Assembly: GCA_963798845.1 (NCBI GenBank)
Contig: CAWCUS010000001.1
Coordinates: forward strand, 704,001 to 768,000
DNA length: 64,000 bases
Direction: 5' to 3'
From: an uncultured Gemmatimonadales bacterium
Lineage (GTDB): Bacteria; Gemmatimonadota; Gemmatimonadetes; Longimicrobiales; RSA9
Position 1 is the stretch's first letter, and each line of letters begins with the position of its first letter. The notes under the pieces are model-generated. The model had not been told where the DNA came from. It ran no database searches and saw nothing but the letters and a program-made list of their open reading frames with translations. Of the stretch, positions 37,072 through 47,369 are shown piece after piece. The translations under genes were made by a program, and so were the position numbers.

Positions 37072-38736
37072 TCAATCCCCCAGCATCTCCATCTCCACGG
37101 CCGCGCGAGGAGTCCGGAGCAGCAACACGAGCGGCAGAGAGATCACGAACAGGACCGTGACCAGCGCGAACACGTGGTTGTACGCCAGCACCGCCGCCTG
37201 GCGCAGGAACGAGAGGTTCAGCAGCTGGAGCGCCCTCGCCCTGGCCGTGGCCAGGTCCATCCCCCGCGCCTGCATCCCGGCCGTGGCCCGCGCCAGGAAG
37301 TTGACGGTGGCCGGGTCGAACGCGGTGGCGTGCTGGCCGAGGATGGCGTGGTTGCGCGACATGGAGCGAGTCAGCGACGTGGCCGCCGCCGCGATCCCGA
37401 CGCTCCCGGCCACCTGCCGCACCACGTTGTAGAGCCCGGTCGCCTGCGTCATCTTCGGGCGCGGTATGGTGGCGAGCGCCGCCGTCGACAGGGCGACGAA
37501 GATCAGCGCGAAGCCCACGCCCTGCCACAGCTGGGGCCAGAAGATGTCCCAGAAGCCCACGTCGATGGTCAGGTGAGACAGCTCCCAGAAGGAGTAGGCG
37601 CTCACGGCCAGCCCCGCGCCGACCAGCACTTTCGGCCCCAGCCGGTTGTAGACGCGGCCGCCCAGCGGCATGATCACGGCCATGGCCAGGCTGCGCGGGA
37701 TCAGCGCCTCGCCCGAGAGCATGGCCGTGTAGCCCAGCAGGTTCTGGAGGAAGAGCGGGAGCAGGAAGAGCGACCCGTACAGCCCCATCCCCAGCACCCC
37801 GCCGATCACCGTTGCGGAAGTGAACGAGCCGTTCTTCAGGATGCGCAGGTTCACCGCGGGGCGGTCCGTGTTGAGCTCGTGCCAGATGAACAGCAGCATG
37901 CCCACGATGCCCATGAGGGCCAGGCTGATGATGAAGCTGGACTCGAACCAGTCGTTCCGCTGCCCCTCCTCCAGCATGAGCTGTAGCGCGCCCAGCCCCA
38001 TGGCCAGCAGCGCCAGCCCCGTCCAGTCGATCCGCCCCTTCTCCCGTACCAGGTAGTGCGGGTCGCGGATGAAGCGCGTGACCAGCATCACGTTCAGGAT
38101 GCCGATCGGGACGTTGATGTAGAAAACCCACGGCCACGTGTAGTTGTCCGTGAGCCACCCGCCCAGCGTGGGGCCGATGGCCGGCGCCACCACGACGCCC
38201 ATCCCGTAGATCCCCATCGCCATCGCCTGCTCCTCCGCCGGGAACGTCTCCCGGAGGATCGCCTGCGATACGGTCACGATCACCCCGCCCCCGATCCCCT
38301 GGAGCACGCGGAAGATCACCATCACCGGCAGCGTGCGCGACACGCCGCACGCCATGGAAGCCAGCGTGAAGAGCGCAACGCTGAAGATGTAGAAGTTCTT
38401 GCGGCCGAACCGGCTGCTGAGCATGCCGGTGATCGGCATGATGATCACCTGCGCCAGGATATAGCCGGTCACCACCCAGGTGATCTGCTCCACGGTCGTG
38501 CCCAGCGTGCCGGTCATGGATGGGAGCGCCACGTTCACGATGCTGGAGTCCAGCACGGCCATGATCGTCCCCGTCAGCACCGTCCCGGCCACCAGCCACT
38601 TGTGGTGCTCCATCTCCTCCACGGCCGCGTCCGGTACCGCGTGCGACGCTGCCGTTGCGGGCCCGGCCGGATCGGGCGACAACGGCGCGCCAGGCTCGCC
38701 GGACCCCCCACCCATCCCGTTCACTCCTTCCGCCAT
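37072..38736 (-). CDS. DHA2 family MFS efflux permease (EmrB-like)
   Basis: LDSSIVNVALP, FRVLQGIGGG, APAIGPTLGGWLTD..WPWVFYINVPIG. Confidence 0.92.
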   Translation of the reverse strand: MAEGVNGMGGGSGEPGAPLSPDPAGPATAASHAVPDAAVEEMEHHKWLVAGTVLTGTIMAVLDSSIVNVALPSMTGTLGTTVEQITWVVTGYILAQVIIMPITGMLSSRFGRKNFYIFSVALFTLASMACGVSRTLPVMVIFRVLQGIGGGVIVTVSQAILRETFPAEEQAMAMGIYGMGVVVAPAIGPTLGGWLTDNYTWPWVFYINVPIGILNVMLVTRFIRDPHYLVREKGRIDWTGLALLAMGLGALQLMLEEGQRNDWFESSFIISLALMGIVGMLLFIWHELNTDRPAVNLRILKNGSFTSATVIGGVLGMGLYGSLFLLPLFLQNLLGYTAMLSGEALIPRSLAMAVIMPLGGRVYNRLGPKVLVGAGLAVSAYSFWELSHLTIDVGFWDIFWPQLWQGVGFALIFVALSTAALATIPRPKMTQATGLYNVVRQVAGSVGIAAAATSLTRSMSRNHAILGQHATAFDPATVNFLARATAGMQARGMDLATARARALQLLNLSFLRQAAVLAYNHVFALVTVLFVISLPLVLLLRTPRAAVEMEMLGD

Positions 38737-38737
38737 G

Positions 38738-39865
38738 TCAGCCCGTGCTCACGTGCACGACCACGCTCATCCCGGGGCGCAGCGGACGGTCCGACCCGCA
38801 CCCCTCGCTCACCCGGATTCGAACGGGGACGCGCTGCACCACCTTCGTGAAGTTCCCCGTGGCGTTGTCCGGCGGGATCAGCGAGAACTGCGACCCCGTC
38901 GCCCCGCTGATGCTCGCCACCTCACCGCGCGCCCTGCACCCGCCGTACGCGTCCACCTTCAGCTCCGCGGCCTCGCCTGGCCGGATGTCGCCCAGCTGCG
39001 TCTCCTTGAAGTTGGCGGTCACCGTGATCCCGGAGTCGGCAACCACGGTCATCACCGGCTGCCCGGGCTGGAGCAGCTGCCCCGGCTCCGCCGACCGCTT
39101 CGCCACCACCCCGGTCACCGGGGCCCCGATGCGCGCGTGCGAAAGCTGTAGCCTGGCGTTCTCCACGGCCGCCTGCGCCGCCTTCAGCCGCGCTTCGGCC
39201 TGGCGCACGCCCGCCTGCGCCGTCTGCACGCCCGCCCGCGCGGCCAGCCGCTGCTGCTCCAGCGACCGCAGCGTGGCCCTCGCCGATTCCGCCGCCGCTT
39301 CCGCCCCGTCCAGCTGCTGCTGCGACACGATCTGCTTCTCCGCCAGTCCCCGGATCCGCTCCAGGTCCCGGTCCGCCTTCGACGCCGACGCCTTCGCGGC
39401 CGCGATCTGTGCGCCCAGCGCTTCGCCCTGCCGCTGCGCCTGCTCCACCTGGGACTCGGCCTGCCCCGGCACGCCGTCACCCCCCGCCGCCGCCCGCGCC
39501 GCCGCCAGCTCCGCCTCCACCTGGTCCAGACGCTGGCGCAGCTCCACGTCGTCCACCAGCACCAGCGTCTGCCCCTCCGACACGTGCTGGTTCTCCTCCA
39601 CTCCCACGCTCTTCACGTACCCGCCCACCTTCGCCAGCACGGGCACCAGGTGGCCGGCCACGTACGCGTCGTCCGTCGACTCGTGCGACGACGCGTACCG
39701 CCACCGCATCACGCCCCAGATCGCCACCGCCACCAGCAGCACCCCGGCCACCGGCACCACCCACCTGCGCTGCCCGTTCCGGGGCGGCCCACCCGCGGGC
39801 GCATCCTTCCTGCCCTCCGCCATTGCCTCGCTCCTGTCCCCATCGTCCTTCGGTCCGTTCGCCAT
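38738..39865 (-). CDS. HlyD/EmrA family membrane fusion protein
   Basis: STDDAYV, ANFKETQL, FSLIPPDNATGNFTKVVQRVPVRI, LRPGMSV. Confidence 0.92.
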   Translation of the reverse strand: MANGPKDDGDRSEAMAEGRKDAPAGGPPRNGQRRWVVPVAGVLLVAVAIWGVMRWRYASSHESTDDAYVAGHLVPVLAKVGGYVKSVGVEENQHVSEGQTLVLVDDVELRQRLDQVEAELAAARAAAGGDGVPGQAESQVEQAQRQGEALGAQIAAAKASASKADRDLERIRGLAEKQIVSQQQLDGAEAAAESARATLRSLEQQRLAARAGVQTAQAGVRQAEARLKAAQAAVENARLQLSHARIGAPVTGVVAKRSAEPGQLLQPGQPVMTVVADSGITVTANFKETQLGDIRPGEAAELKVDAYGGCRARGEVASISGATGSQFSLIPPDNATGNFTKVVQRVPVRIRVSEGCGSDRPLRPGMSVVVHVSTG

Positions 39866-41238
39866 CAGCGCAGCTCCCCCGCCTTGCCCTCCGCGGCCCA
39901 CAGCGCCACGCGCGCGCCGCGGGAGGCCGCGACCGCGTCCACGTACGCACTGCGGGCGTCGCTCAGCCGCAGCGCCGACTCCGTCACCTCCGCGCTGCCG
40001 GCCACGCCCGCCTCGAAGCGCTCCTGCGCCTGACCGTACTCCTCCTGCGCCAGCTCCAGCCTCGACCTCGCCGCCGACACCTGCTCTTCGGAGTCCGACA
40101 GATCGAGCAGCGCGGCACGGACCTGGAGCGCCACCTGCTCCCGCAGCTCGTGCCGCTCCGCTTCCAGCAGCGAGACCTGCGCGTGCTCCTCATCCAGACG
40201 CGCGCTGGTCCGGAAGCCCGAGAACGCCGGCACCGACACCCGCACCGACCAGTCGTACGTGTTCAGCAGGTGCTGCTCCTCCCTCCCGATCCAGCCGTCA
40301 TCGGCGCCCAGGGACACCCGCGGCAGACGCTCCGCCCGCACTGCCGAGACCGCGTGCGATGCCGCCTGGATCCGCTGGTCCAGCGCCACCACGTCGCTGC
40401 GGCGCGCCAGCGCCGCGGCCACTGCGGCATCCACGTCCTCTCCCACCCCCGACGCCCCCGACACCACCGTGTCCACCAGCACCACCGGCCGGTCCAGCGG
40501 CAGGTCCAGTGACCGCAGCAACGCCAGCCTGGCCTGCGATGCCTGGTTCCTCGCCCCGATCAGCTTCGCCTGCATGGTCGCCAGCTGCGCTTCCGCACGC
40601 GTCACGTCCAGCTTCACGCCCACGCCCGCGTCGAGCAGGTTCTTCGCCGTCCGCACCAGGTCCCGCGCCAGCGACATGTCCTCCCGCACCGCCGCCATCC
40701 TCGACTCCGCCTGCAGGCCCCGCACGTACGCCCTCGCCGCGCCCGCGGCCAGCGACTCCCGCGTCGCCGCCGTGCTGCTGCGCGACGCGGCGAGCGCCGA
40801 CTTCGCCGAGCGCACGCGCTCCACCGCGCTCCAGTCGAACAGCGTCTGCGTCAGTGTCGCCCGCACGTCGGGCGTGCCGATCGGCCCGATCACCTGCCCG
40901 TTCGGGTCGAACAGGGGCGGCTCACCGGGTGGGGACGGGAAGTCGATCCCGAACGTCGCCGTGTTGAAGCTCCGCTGCCCGTCCTGCGCCGTGAGGCCGA
41001 CCTGCGGGAGCAGCGCCGAGCGCGCCTGAGTCACCCTCGCCGCCGCCTGCACATCCCCCAGCTGCGCCATGTCCAGCCGGGCCCCGCGCTCCGTGGCCAT
41101 CCTCACCGCGTCCCCCAGCCGCAGCCGCAGCGTGTCCGGCGCGCCCCCGCTCTCCTGCGCGCACACCGGCGCCGCACCGGCCGCGGCCAGGGCCAGCACC
41201 GCTGCGCCCGATCTCAGAACGCCCGTCCTCCTCCTCAC
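39865..41238 (-). CDS. TolC family outer membrane efflux protein
   Basis: Signal peptide, ARSALLPQV, LTQTLFD, RFEAGV; stop and start overlaps with both neighbours. Confidence 0.88.
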   Translation of the reverse strand: MRRRTGVLRSGAAVLALAAAGAAPVCAQESGGAPDTLRLRLGDAVRMATERGARLDMAQLGDVQAAARVTQARSALLPQVGLTAQDGQRSFNTATFGIDFPSPPGEPPLFDPNGQVIGPIGTPDVRATLTQTLFDWSAVERVRSAKSALAASRSSTAATRESLAAGAARAYVRGLQAESRMAAVREDMSLARDLVRTAKNLLDAGVGVKLDVTRAEAQLATMQAKLIGARNQASQARLALLRSLDLPLDRPVVLVDTVVSGASGVGEDVDAAVAAALARRSDVVALDQRIQAASHAVSAVRAERLPRVSLGADDGWIGREEQHLLNTYDWSVRVSVPAFSGFRTSARLDEEHAQVSLLEAERHELREQVALQVRAALLDLSDSEEQVSAARSRLELAQEEYGQAQERFEAGVAGSAEVTESALRLSDARSAYVDAVAASRGARVALWAAEGKAGELR

Positions 41239-41870
41239 GCCTCGCCTCCGCGTATCGCCGCCATGTAGAAGTCCAGCAGCTGCTGCAGCACCGTCTCGTC
41301 GTCCAGCCCGCCCAGCGATTCCATGAACTCCGGGCGCGCGCACCACACGGCGTGCTTGATCAGCAGCGCCAGCAGCATGCGCGCCCGCGCCGCGGCGTCG
41401 CCCGGCGAAAACTCGCCCCGCTCCACTCCCCAATCGAGCAGCGACTCCACGCCCTCCATGACCGGGCGGCGGACCTCCCGCACATACTCGCGCACCAGCT
41501 CCGGGAACGCGTTCGCCTCCGCCTGGACCAGCCGGTGCACCGGGTCGAACTCCGGCGACCGGACCTGCGCCCAGATCACCGAGATCAGGTCCTCCAGTGA
41601 CACCGTGGCGCTCTCCCCGCGCTCCACCCCGGCCACAGCCTCCCGAATCCCCCGCACCCGCCGGTGCATTACTTCCGTGAACAGCTCCGTCTTGCCCGGG
41701 AAGTACAGGTAGATCGTCGCCTTCGAGACCCCGGCCCGCGCCGCGATGTCCTCCACCCGCGCCGCCTCCAGGCCCCGTTCGCTGAACTCCGCCAGCGCCG
41801 CGTCCAGGATCTGTCCCGGCCGCTGTTCCGGCTGCCGCCGCCAGCGCGGCTCGGTTGCCCGTTCCGTCAT
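41235..41870 (-). CDS. TetR/AcrR family transcriptional regulator
   Basis: ILDAALAEFSERG..VEDIAARAGVSKATIYLYFPGKTELF. Confidence 0.93.
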   Translation of the reverse strand: MTERATEPRWRRQPEQRPGQILDAALAEFSERGLEAARVEDIAARAGVSKATIYLYFPGKTELFTEVMHRRVRGIREAVAGVERGESATVSLEDLISVIWAQVRSPEFDPVHRLVQAEANAFPELVREYVREVRRPVMEGVESLLDWGVERGEFSPGDAAARARMLLALLIKHAVWCARPEFMESLGGLDDETVLQQLLDFYMAAIRGGEA

Positions 41871-41887
41871 GCGTGCCCTCCCGCGGA

Positions 41888-41909
41888 ACTAACTGACCGG
41901 TCATTTAGT
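41888..41909. promoter_or_regulatory. Candidate TetR operator
   Basis: ACTAACTGACCGGTCATTTAGT, 20/22 palindromic, 18 nt upstream of the tetR start. Confidence 0.7.
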
Positions 41910-42104
41910 AGACGCGCAAGCTAATGCCCCCGGGACCTGACGTGAAGCCCCGGCGCCGCAACGGACTGCGGAGCGCCGGCGGGCCCGGGGCGCATGGATG
42001 CGACGGCCGATCCGCGTCGCGCGCGTGGCCGTCGCTCCCCATATTGACGCGCGGCGGTTTCCTCCGGCGAGGCGCGGCCGATGGTCTCTGGGGAGGGCGG
42101 TGGG

Positions 42105-42806
42105 ATGACCGAAGCGTCGGGTTTCCGCATCGTTCCCGCGTTCCGCCGGTGGGCGCGGGAGTTCGTCATCATCGTGCTGGGCGTGCTGGTGGCGCTCTGG
42201 GTGGACGGCTGGTACCAGCGCCGCGCGGATCACGAGCGGGAGCGGGTGGACCTCGAGCAGCTCCTGGCTACCACGCGCGAGAACGAAGTCCGTGTCATGG
42301 TCGCCCTGCGCGACGACAGCAGCGCGCTCGCGTCGGCGACTCGACTGCTGACGCTCGTTCACTCGTCGCGCCCGCTCCCCCCCGAGGACACGCTCGGCCG
42401 TCTGCGCAACGACGCCTTCCACTTCTCCGTGTTCTTCCCCATGACGGGGACGTACGCGGCCATCGCGCAGACGGGCGACCTGGGGCTGATCCGGAACGAC
42501 TCTCTGCGGGCGGCGGTGGCGGCTTATTCCGGCGTGCTGGAAGGCACGGCGCAGCAGATCGAGGACTGGACGGACACCTTTCACCGCAACGTCGAGGAGC
42601 TGATCCGGACAGTCCCCATCGGCGGAATCTACGGCGCGGCGTTCGGCGAGGCGGCCGGCGCCGGTGTCTGGCGCTCCGCCGCGCTGCAGCGCGCGCTCCT
42701 GCTCCAGCAGATCATCTCCGCGAATCGCGTCCAGGACCTCCGCCTGCTCCTGGAGCAGACGCGTTCGCTGCGCGCGTCCCTGGAGGCCGAGCAGGCCGGG
42801 TTCTAG
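42105..42806 (+). CDS. Hypothetical membrane-anchored helical protein
   Basis: REFVIIVLGVLVALWVDGW N-terminal TM; gene-like codon usage. Confidence 0.7.
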   Translation: MTEASGFRIVPAFRRWAREFVIIVLGVLVALWVDGWYQRRADHERERVDLEQLLATTRENEVRVMVALRDDSSALASATRLLTLVHSSRPLPPEDTLGRLRNDAFHFSVFFPMTGTYAAIAQTGDLGLIRNDSLRAAVAAYSGVLEGTAQQIEDWTDTFHRNVEELIRTVPIGGIYGAAFGEAAGAGVWRSAALQRALLLQQIISANRVQDLRLLLEQTRSLRASLEAEQAGF

Positions 42807-43099
42807 CCGCGCCCCGCCGGGGGCCGCCAGTCGTGCTCCGCCGCCACCGGTCCGGTGATGACGTAGATGCGGGCGAAGCTGTGCTTCCGGCAGAAGAGGG
42901 TGCGCCGGGATGCGTCCACGCCCCCGTCGTCGTGGAGCATGGTGTGCCACCCGGAGTCCACCAGCGCGCACCCTTCCGGGCACGCGGTGACGACGTCGTC
43001 GCCCGGAGTCCAGGGCAGCGCCTCGAGGTCCGCGTAGGCGGAAACCTTCCGCCACTGGGCCTCCAGGTCCTTCAGCAGATCCTTCATCAGATCGTCCAT
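42803..43099 (-). CDS. Hypothetical protein
   Basis: 98-aa ATG ORF with gene-like codon usage, CPEGC..FCRKH. Confidence 0.55.
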   Translation of the reverse strand: MDDLMKDLLKDLEAQWRKVSAYADLEALPWTPGDDVVTACPEGCALVDSGWHTMLHDDGGVDASRRTLFCRKHSFARIYVITGPVAAEHDWRPPAGRG

Positions 43100-43212
43100 G
43101 TCCGATTCGTTGTGACAGGGCCCCGGGCCGCCGGTACAGGAAACCTACGGGGCGGCGCGGCCGGCGGACAGGCGCGGTCGCAGCGAGGCCATCACGGTGT
43201 CAGGCCGGCCGG

Positions 43213-43635
43213 TCAGTCGAAGATGTCGGCGAAGATGAGGATCGCTCCGGTGACCACCGTCCCGATCGCGGACTCGATCCAGTAGCCGGTGCTGAACGGC
43301 GGGGTCGCGACGAGGATCGCCGCCGGCTCCCCGGCCCGCACCACCACCCGCTCGGTGTGGTCGATCGCCTGCTTCCGCCGCCCTTCTGAAGCCGTGACCG
43401 TCACCTGGCGCTCGCCCGCCGGGATGCCGCTGATCTCGACCCGCTCGGTGAACCTGTCCTCGACGACGAGCGACCCGTCCACTCGGACGCTCACGGACCG
43501 GATCGGCTCCGTGAACCGGACGATGACCGTTCCCGTCGAACCCGGGCTCGGCGTCTCCGGATACCGGGCCTGCACGTTCGACGCGCACGCCGAGAGGACC
43601 ACCGCCAGCACCAACGACACGATTGGCTTCTTCAC
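43213..43635 (-). CDS. Hypothetical lipoprotein
   Basis: AGGAGG RBS, GTG start, KKPIVSLVLAVVLSAC lipobox. Confidence 0.7.
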   Translation of the reverse strand: MKKPIVSLVLAVVLSACASNVQARYPETPSPGSTGTVIVRFTEPIRSVSVRVDGSLVVEDRFTERVEISGIPAGERQVTVTASEGRRKQAIDHTERVVVRAGEPAAILVATPPFSTGYWIESAIGTVVTGAILIFADIFD

Positions 43636-43777
43636 CGCGCTCTCCCTCCTGGTGAGCGTGTGGATCTCGAACATCGAAGCTGTCGGGTGGGGCGACCCCG
43701 AATATGCCGGCCGCCGTGGGGGTTCACAAGCGATCGCTGGGCGCAGGCATGAGACTGACGGGGCGGTGCAGCGCCCG

Positions 43778-44431
43778 TCACCCGTCGTCGCGCAGCGTGT
43801 CCATCGGGTCGACGCGCGCGGCTCCCCAGGCGGGGAGCAGCGCGGCGGCCATGGCTGCGGCGGCGAGGACGAGGGCGGCGGCGGCGAGGGTGCCGGGGTC
43901 GCCGGGCGTGACGCCGTAGAGGAACCCGGCGAGCAGTCGCGTGGTCGCCAGGGCGAGGGCGACGCCGAGCCCCAGGCCCAGGGCGACGAGGACTCCGGCC
44001 TCTCCGGCCACCATCGCCAGCACCCTCCGCCGTGCCGCGCCGAGCGCCATGCGGATGCCGATCTCGCCGCGGCGGCGGGTTACGGCGTAGGCGAGGGTCC
44101 CGTAGAGCCCGATCACGGCGAGCAGCAGAGCGAGGGCGCCGAAGAAGGCGGACAGCGTCGCCAGGAGCCGCGGCCGGGCCAGCGACGCCGAGAGCTGGTC
44201 CGCCAGCGTGGTGATGTCCACCGTGAGAGCGGGGCTCACTCCGGCGACGGCGTCCTTCACCTCCGGGATGAGCGCCCCGGGATCGCCGAAGCCTCGGACC
44301 TCGAGGATCAGGTCGGGCGGCGCGTCGTCGCTCTGAGCGAAGGGGATGAACGCGGTGGGAGGCGGCTCCTCCGTCAGGGAATTGTACTTCACGTCGCCCA
44401 CCACGCCCACGACTTCGATGGGGTCTCTCAC
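43778..44431 (-). pseudogene. C-terminal fragment of an ADOP/MacB-FtsX permease
   Basis: LLLAVIGLYGTLAYAVTRRRGEIGIRMALGA..RVDPMDTLR; about 217 aa versus about 810 aa for the full paralog at 57233. Confidence 0.75.
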
Positions 44432-44533
44432 GGTCAGGTGAGCTACTGGGAAACGGCGGCGCTGGAGGAGGAAAGCCGGGTGCCGGCGCTGCTGAAGCGG
44501 CTGCGCTCGACGTGGGTGGAAGTGCTGCCGTCG

Positions 44534-44680
44534 TCAGCGGAGGGAGAGCTGGAGGCCGACGGCCACGGCGTGGCGTCCGGTGCCGCCGAGGACGAAGAGG
44601 TGCCAGACCGCGTGGTCGTAGCGCCGCGGCGAAGGGTACAACCGCGTCCCCGCCGTGTGGGCCTCGCCGCCGGGCAGCAG
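44534..44680 (-). pseudogene. C-terminal fragment of a hemolysin III/PAQR family membrane protein
   Basis: GGEAHTAGTRLY..YDHAVWHLFVLGGTGRH resembles GG..YT.G..FY..HAIWHLFVL.G..H. Confidence 0.6.
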
Positions 44681-44689
44681 GCAGGAGAT

Positions 44690-44860
44690 CGCCGCGACCA
44701 CTGGCGTCGGTGTTTCGGCCCAGTGGTCGGTTTTCGGGCGTGGAGGCCGCTTATCAAACACTCGATCGACCGCCGCCAGAGCGAAGGGTCGGTTTCCGGC
44801 GCTGAGACGCGGAAACCGACCACCGGGCGAGCTGGCACCGCCGACTGGTCGCTTCCGGCC
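44690..44860. repeat. Array of alternating TGGTCGGTTTCCGGC-like inverted motifs, about 62-nt period
   Basis: Motif at 44724, 44786, 44846 and its complement at 44809; related copy at 62300-62440. Confidence 0.6.
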
Positions 44861-44949
44861 CCCTCCGGGCTCCACGCCTGACCCCGCGTCCGGTCTTCCT
44901 CACCTCTCGATCACGCTGCGGGCACCGGCCCCCCGGCTCCCCATCGCGG

Positions 44950-45687
44950 CTAGACGGCGTGCACGGGCTCGCGCCTCGCCGGCTCCGCCGGCCGCCGCAC
45001 CCCGCGCGCCAGCAGGTACACCGTGAACGAAAGCTCCCCGATCACGGCGGGCACCAGGACGATGTTGGCCAGGACGTCCGCGTGCTGGGGCGCCAGCAGG
45101 TTGCCGAAGCTGTCGACCAGATAGCCGGCGCCGGCCAGGGCGAGGAGCGCGCCGAGGATGGCGGGGAAGTAGTCGGCCTTCCACACCAGCCAGCCCAGCA
45201 CGACGAGGTGGAAGCCGAAGAAGAGCTGCCAGATCAGCACGCCGAACTCCCGGCTCTCGAGCGCCAGCATCGCCAGCGCCTGCAGCTGCTCCGGCCGGAA
45301 CGCCTCCAGGTACGTGGCCCCGCCGAGCAGCGCCAGCGCGAATATCCCGCCGAGCAGGTTCACGCCCTGGATCACCGCCTCGCCCAGCCGCGCCGACGCC
45401 GCAACCAGCGCCGCGCCCCGACTCACCGGCCGCGTGAGCAGGTAGAGCAGCACCGTCAGCGCCACTTCCACCAGCACGATCACGCCGTCCACGGCGACGC
45501 CGGCGCGCAGCAGCCCGCCGGACGCCGCCACGTTCGCCGCCGTGGCCGCCGCGTCGCCGGCCACCAGGATCCGGCCGGGGACGTACATGATGCTGAACGG
45601 CCCCAGGAAGAAGAGGGCGAGGTAGAGGACGCCAGCGAAGCGCGCGGTCCGGGACAGGGCACGGACGTCGGTGGGGGCGTCGGTCAT
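44950..45687 (-). CDS. DUF4386-like multi-pass membrane protein
   Basis: ARFAGVLYL, GDAAATAANV, FFGFHLVVLGWL, GELSFTVYLLARG. Confidence 0.75.
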   Translation of the reverse strand: MTDAPTDVRALSRTARFAGVLYLALFFLGPFSIMYVPGRILVAGDAAATAANVAASGGLLRAGVAVDGVIVLVEVALTVLLYLLTRPVSRGAALVAASARLGEAVIQGVNLLGGIFALALLGGATYLEAFRPEQLQALAMLALESREFGVLIWQLFFGFHLVVLGWLVWKADYFPAILGALLALAGAGYLVDSFGNLLAPQHADVLANIVLVPAVIGELSFTVYLLARGVRRPAEPARREPVHAV

Positions 45688-45983
45688 GGACTGGCTCCGG
45701 GTCGGGGGATCGGGTCCGCGGCTCCACGGGGTCGATGCGCGTCTGGGCGCGCTCCGGGCGACAATACGCCCCCGGCCCGCGCAGGCCAACCCGCTCGTCG
45801 TTCCGCTGTCTCCGGTCTGGGGTACGGCCGTCGGCGGAGTGTGGGAGTGGCGATCCGGCGTTTCAAGCGGCGGAATCCCCACCCCGTCTGTAACGATGCG
45901 GCAGGGTCGCGCGTCTGCGAAGTATGTCGGCCTGTGGGGGTACCTGCGCCGACGATCTCACCGTGGAAGAGGGGAGCGCTGCC

Positions 45984-46559
45984 ATGCGAGCGATGCTGCA
46001 CGCCACGCTGTTCGTCCTTGTTCTTTCGTGCGCCCCGTCCGCTGTGGCGGCCCAGAGCTACGCCACCGACCAGGGGTCCGTGATCCTGGGCGGCTCGGGG
46101 AGCTGGATGAGCCGCGGCGGGGATGCCAACGAGAACATGGGCGGGGACCGCGTGAACACGCTGACGCTGAATCCCTACGTCCTGTATTTCATGTCGCCGG
46201 GGCTGGGGATCGGCGGCGACCTGGTGCTGTCGCGAACGGCGCAGGGGGACAGCCACGCCACCACCGTGGGCGTGGGGCCGACGGTCGCCTACTACTTCGG
46301 CGGACCGGACGCCAGCACCCGGCCGTTCGTCGAGGGCAACGCGTCCTATCGGTCATCCACGGCCGATTTCGGTGGCGGCTCCGACACGGCTACCGGCTAC
46401 GGCTTCGGCGCCGGGGTGGGCGCGGCGTTCATGCTCTCGCCCACCGTCGCGCTGACGGTCGAGGGCGTGTACCAGTGGGAGCGCCTGTCGTTCAACGACG
46501 TGGACATCGACGGCAACGGGATCGGCATCCAGCTCGGGATCGCGGCCTTCCTGTTCTGA
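45984..46559 (+). CDS. Small outer-membrane beta-barrel protein
   Basis: Signal peptide, amphipathic beta strands, terminal GIAAFLF. Confidence 0.8.
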   Translation: MRAMLHATLFVLVLSCAPSAVAAQSYATDQGSVILGGSGSWMSRGGDANENMGGDRVNTLTLNPYVLYFMSPGLGIGGDLVLSRTAQGDSHATTVGVGPTVAYYFGGPDASTRPFVEGNASYRSSTADFGGGSDTATGYGFGAGVGAAFMLSPTVALTVEGVYQWERLSFNDVDIDGNGIGIQLGIAAFLF

Positions 46560-46592
46560 GCGGCGGGGGCCGGCGGGCGACCGGTCGCCGGC

Positions 46593-47369
46593 TCAGGCGG
46601 TGTAGCCGCCGTCCACCAGGAGGTCGGTGCCGGTGATGTAGGAAGCGTCGTCCGAGGCGAGGAAGAGGATGGCGGCGGCGACCTCCGCCGCGTCGGCGAA
46701 TCGGCCGAATGGCGTGCTCGCGGCGAGGGCTTCATACGCCCCGCCCTCGCCGTGCTCCCGCATCATCTCCTGGAAGAACGGCATGGCGTGCCAAAGCGGC
46801 GTGACCACGCCGGCGGGTACCACGGTGTTGACGCGGATGTGGTGGACCGCGCACTCCACGGCCACGCTTTTCGCGAAGTGCTGGAGCGCCGCCTTGCTCG
46901 AGCCGTAGGCGCTGGCGCCCGCGCTGGCCTTCACGCCGGACGCGGACGACACGAGGACGATGCTCCCGCCCCCGCCGCGCTCTTTCATGGCGCGGATCGC
47001 GTGCTTTGTTCCCAGGAACGCGCCGTCCAGGTTCACGGCGTGGACGTGGCGCCATTCCTCGAGCGACATCTCGTCCACCGGCTTCGCGAAGGAGATCCCG
47101 GCGCTGGCGACGAGCACGTCCAGCCCGCCCCAGGCCTCCACCACTTCGACGATCGCGGACTCCCAGTCGGCCTCCCGCCGCACGTCCAGCACGCGGGCGA
47201 AGCCGTCCCCGCCCCGGTCCCGAATCGCGGTGGCCACGGCCTCGGCCTTGCCGCCGTCCAGGTCGGTGACCGCCACGCGGGCGCCCTCGGCCGCGAACCG
47301 CTCCGCCGTGGCGCGCCCGATCCCCGAGCCCGCGCCGGTCAGCAGGGCGGACTTCCCTTCAAGCCGCAT
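46593..47369 (-). CDS. SDR family oxidoreductase
   Basis: TGAGSGIG, YGSSK, IRVNTV, YITGTDLLVDGG. Confidence 0.92.
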   Translation of the reverse strand: MRLEGKSALLTGAGSGIGRATAERFAAEGARVAVTDLDGGKAEAVATAIRDRGGDGFARVLDVRREADWESAIVEVVEAWGGLDVLVASAGISFAKPVDEMSLEEWRHVHAVNLDGAFLGTKHAIRAMKERGGGGSIVLVSSASGVKASAGASAYGSSKAALQHFAKSVAVECAVHHIRVNTVVPAGVVTPLWHAMPFFQEMMREHGEGGAYEALAASTPFGRFADAAEVAAAILFLASDDASYITGTDLLVDGGYTA

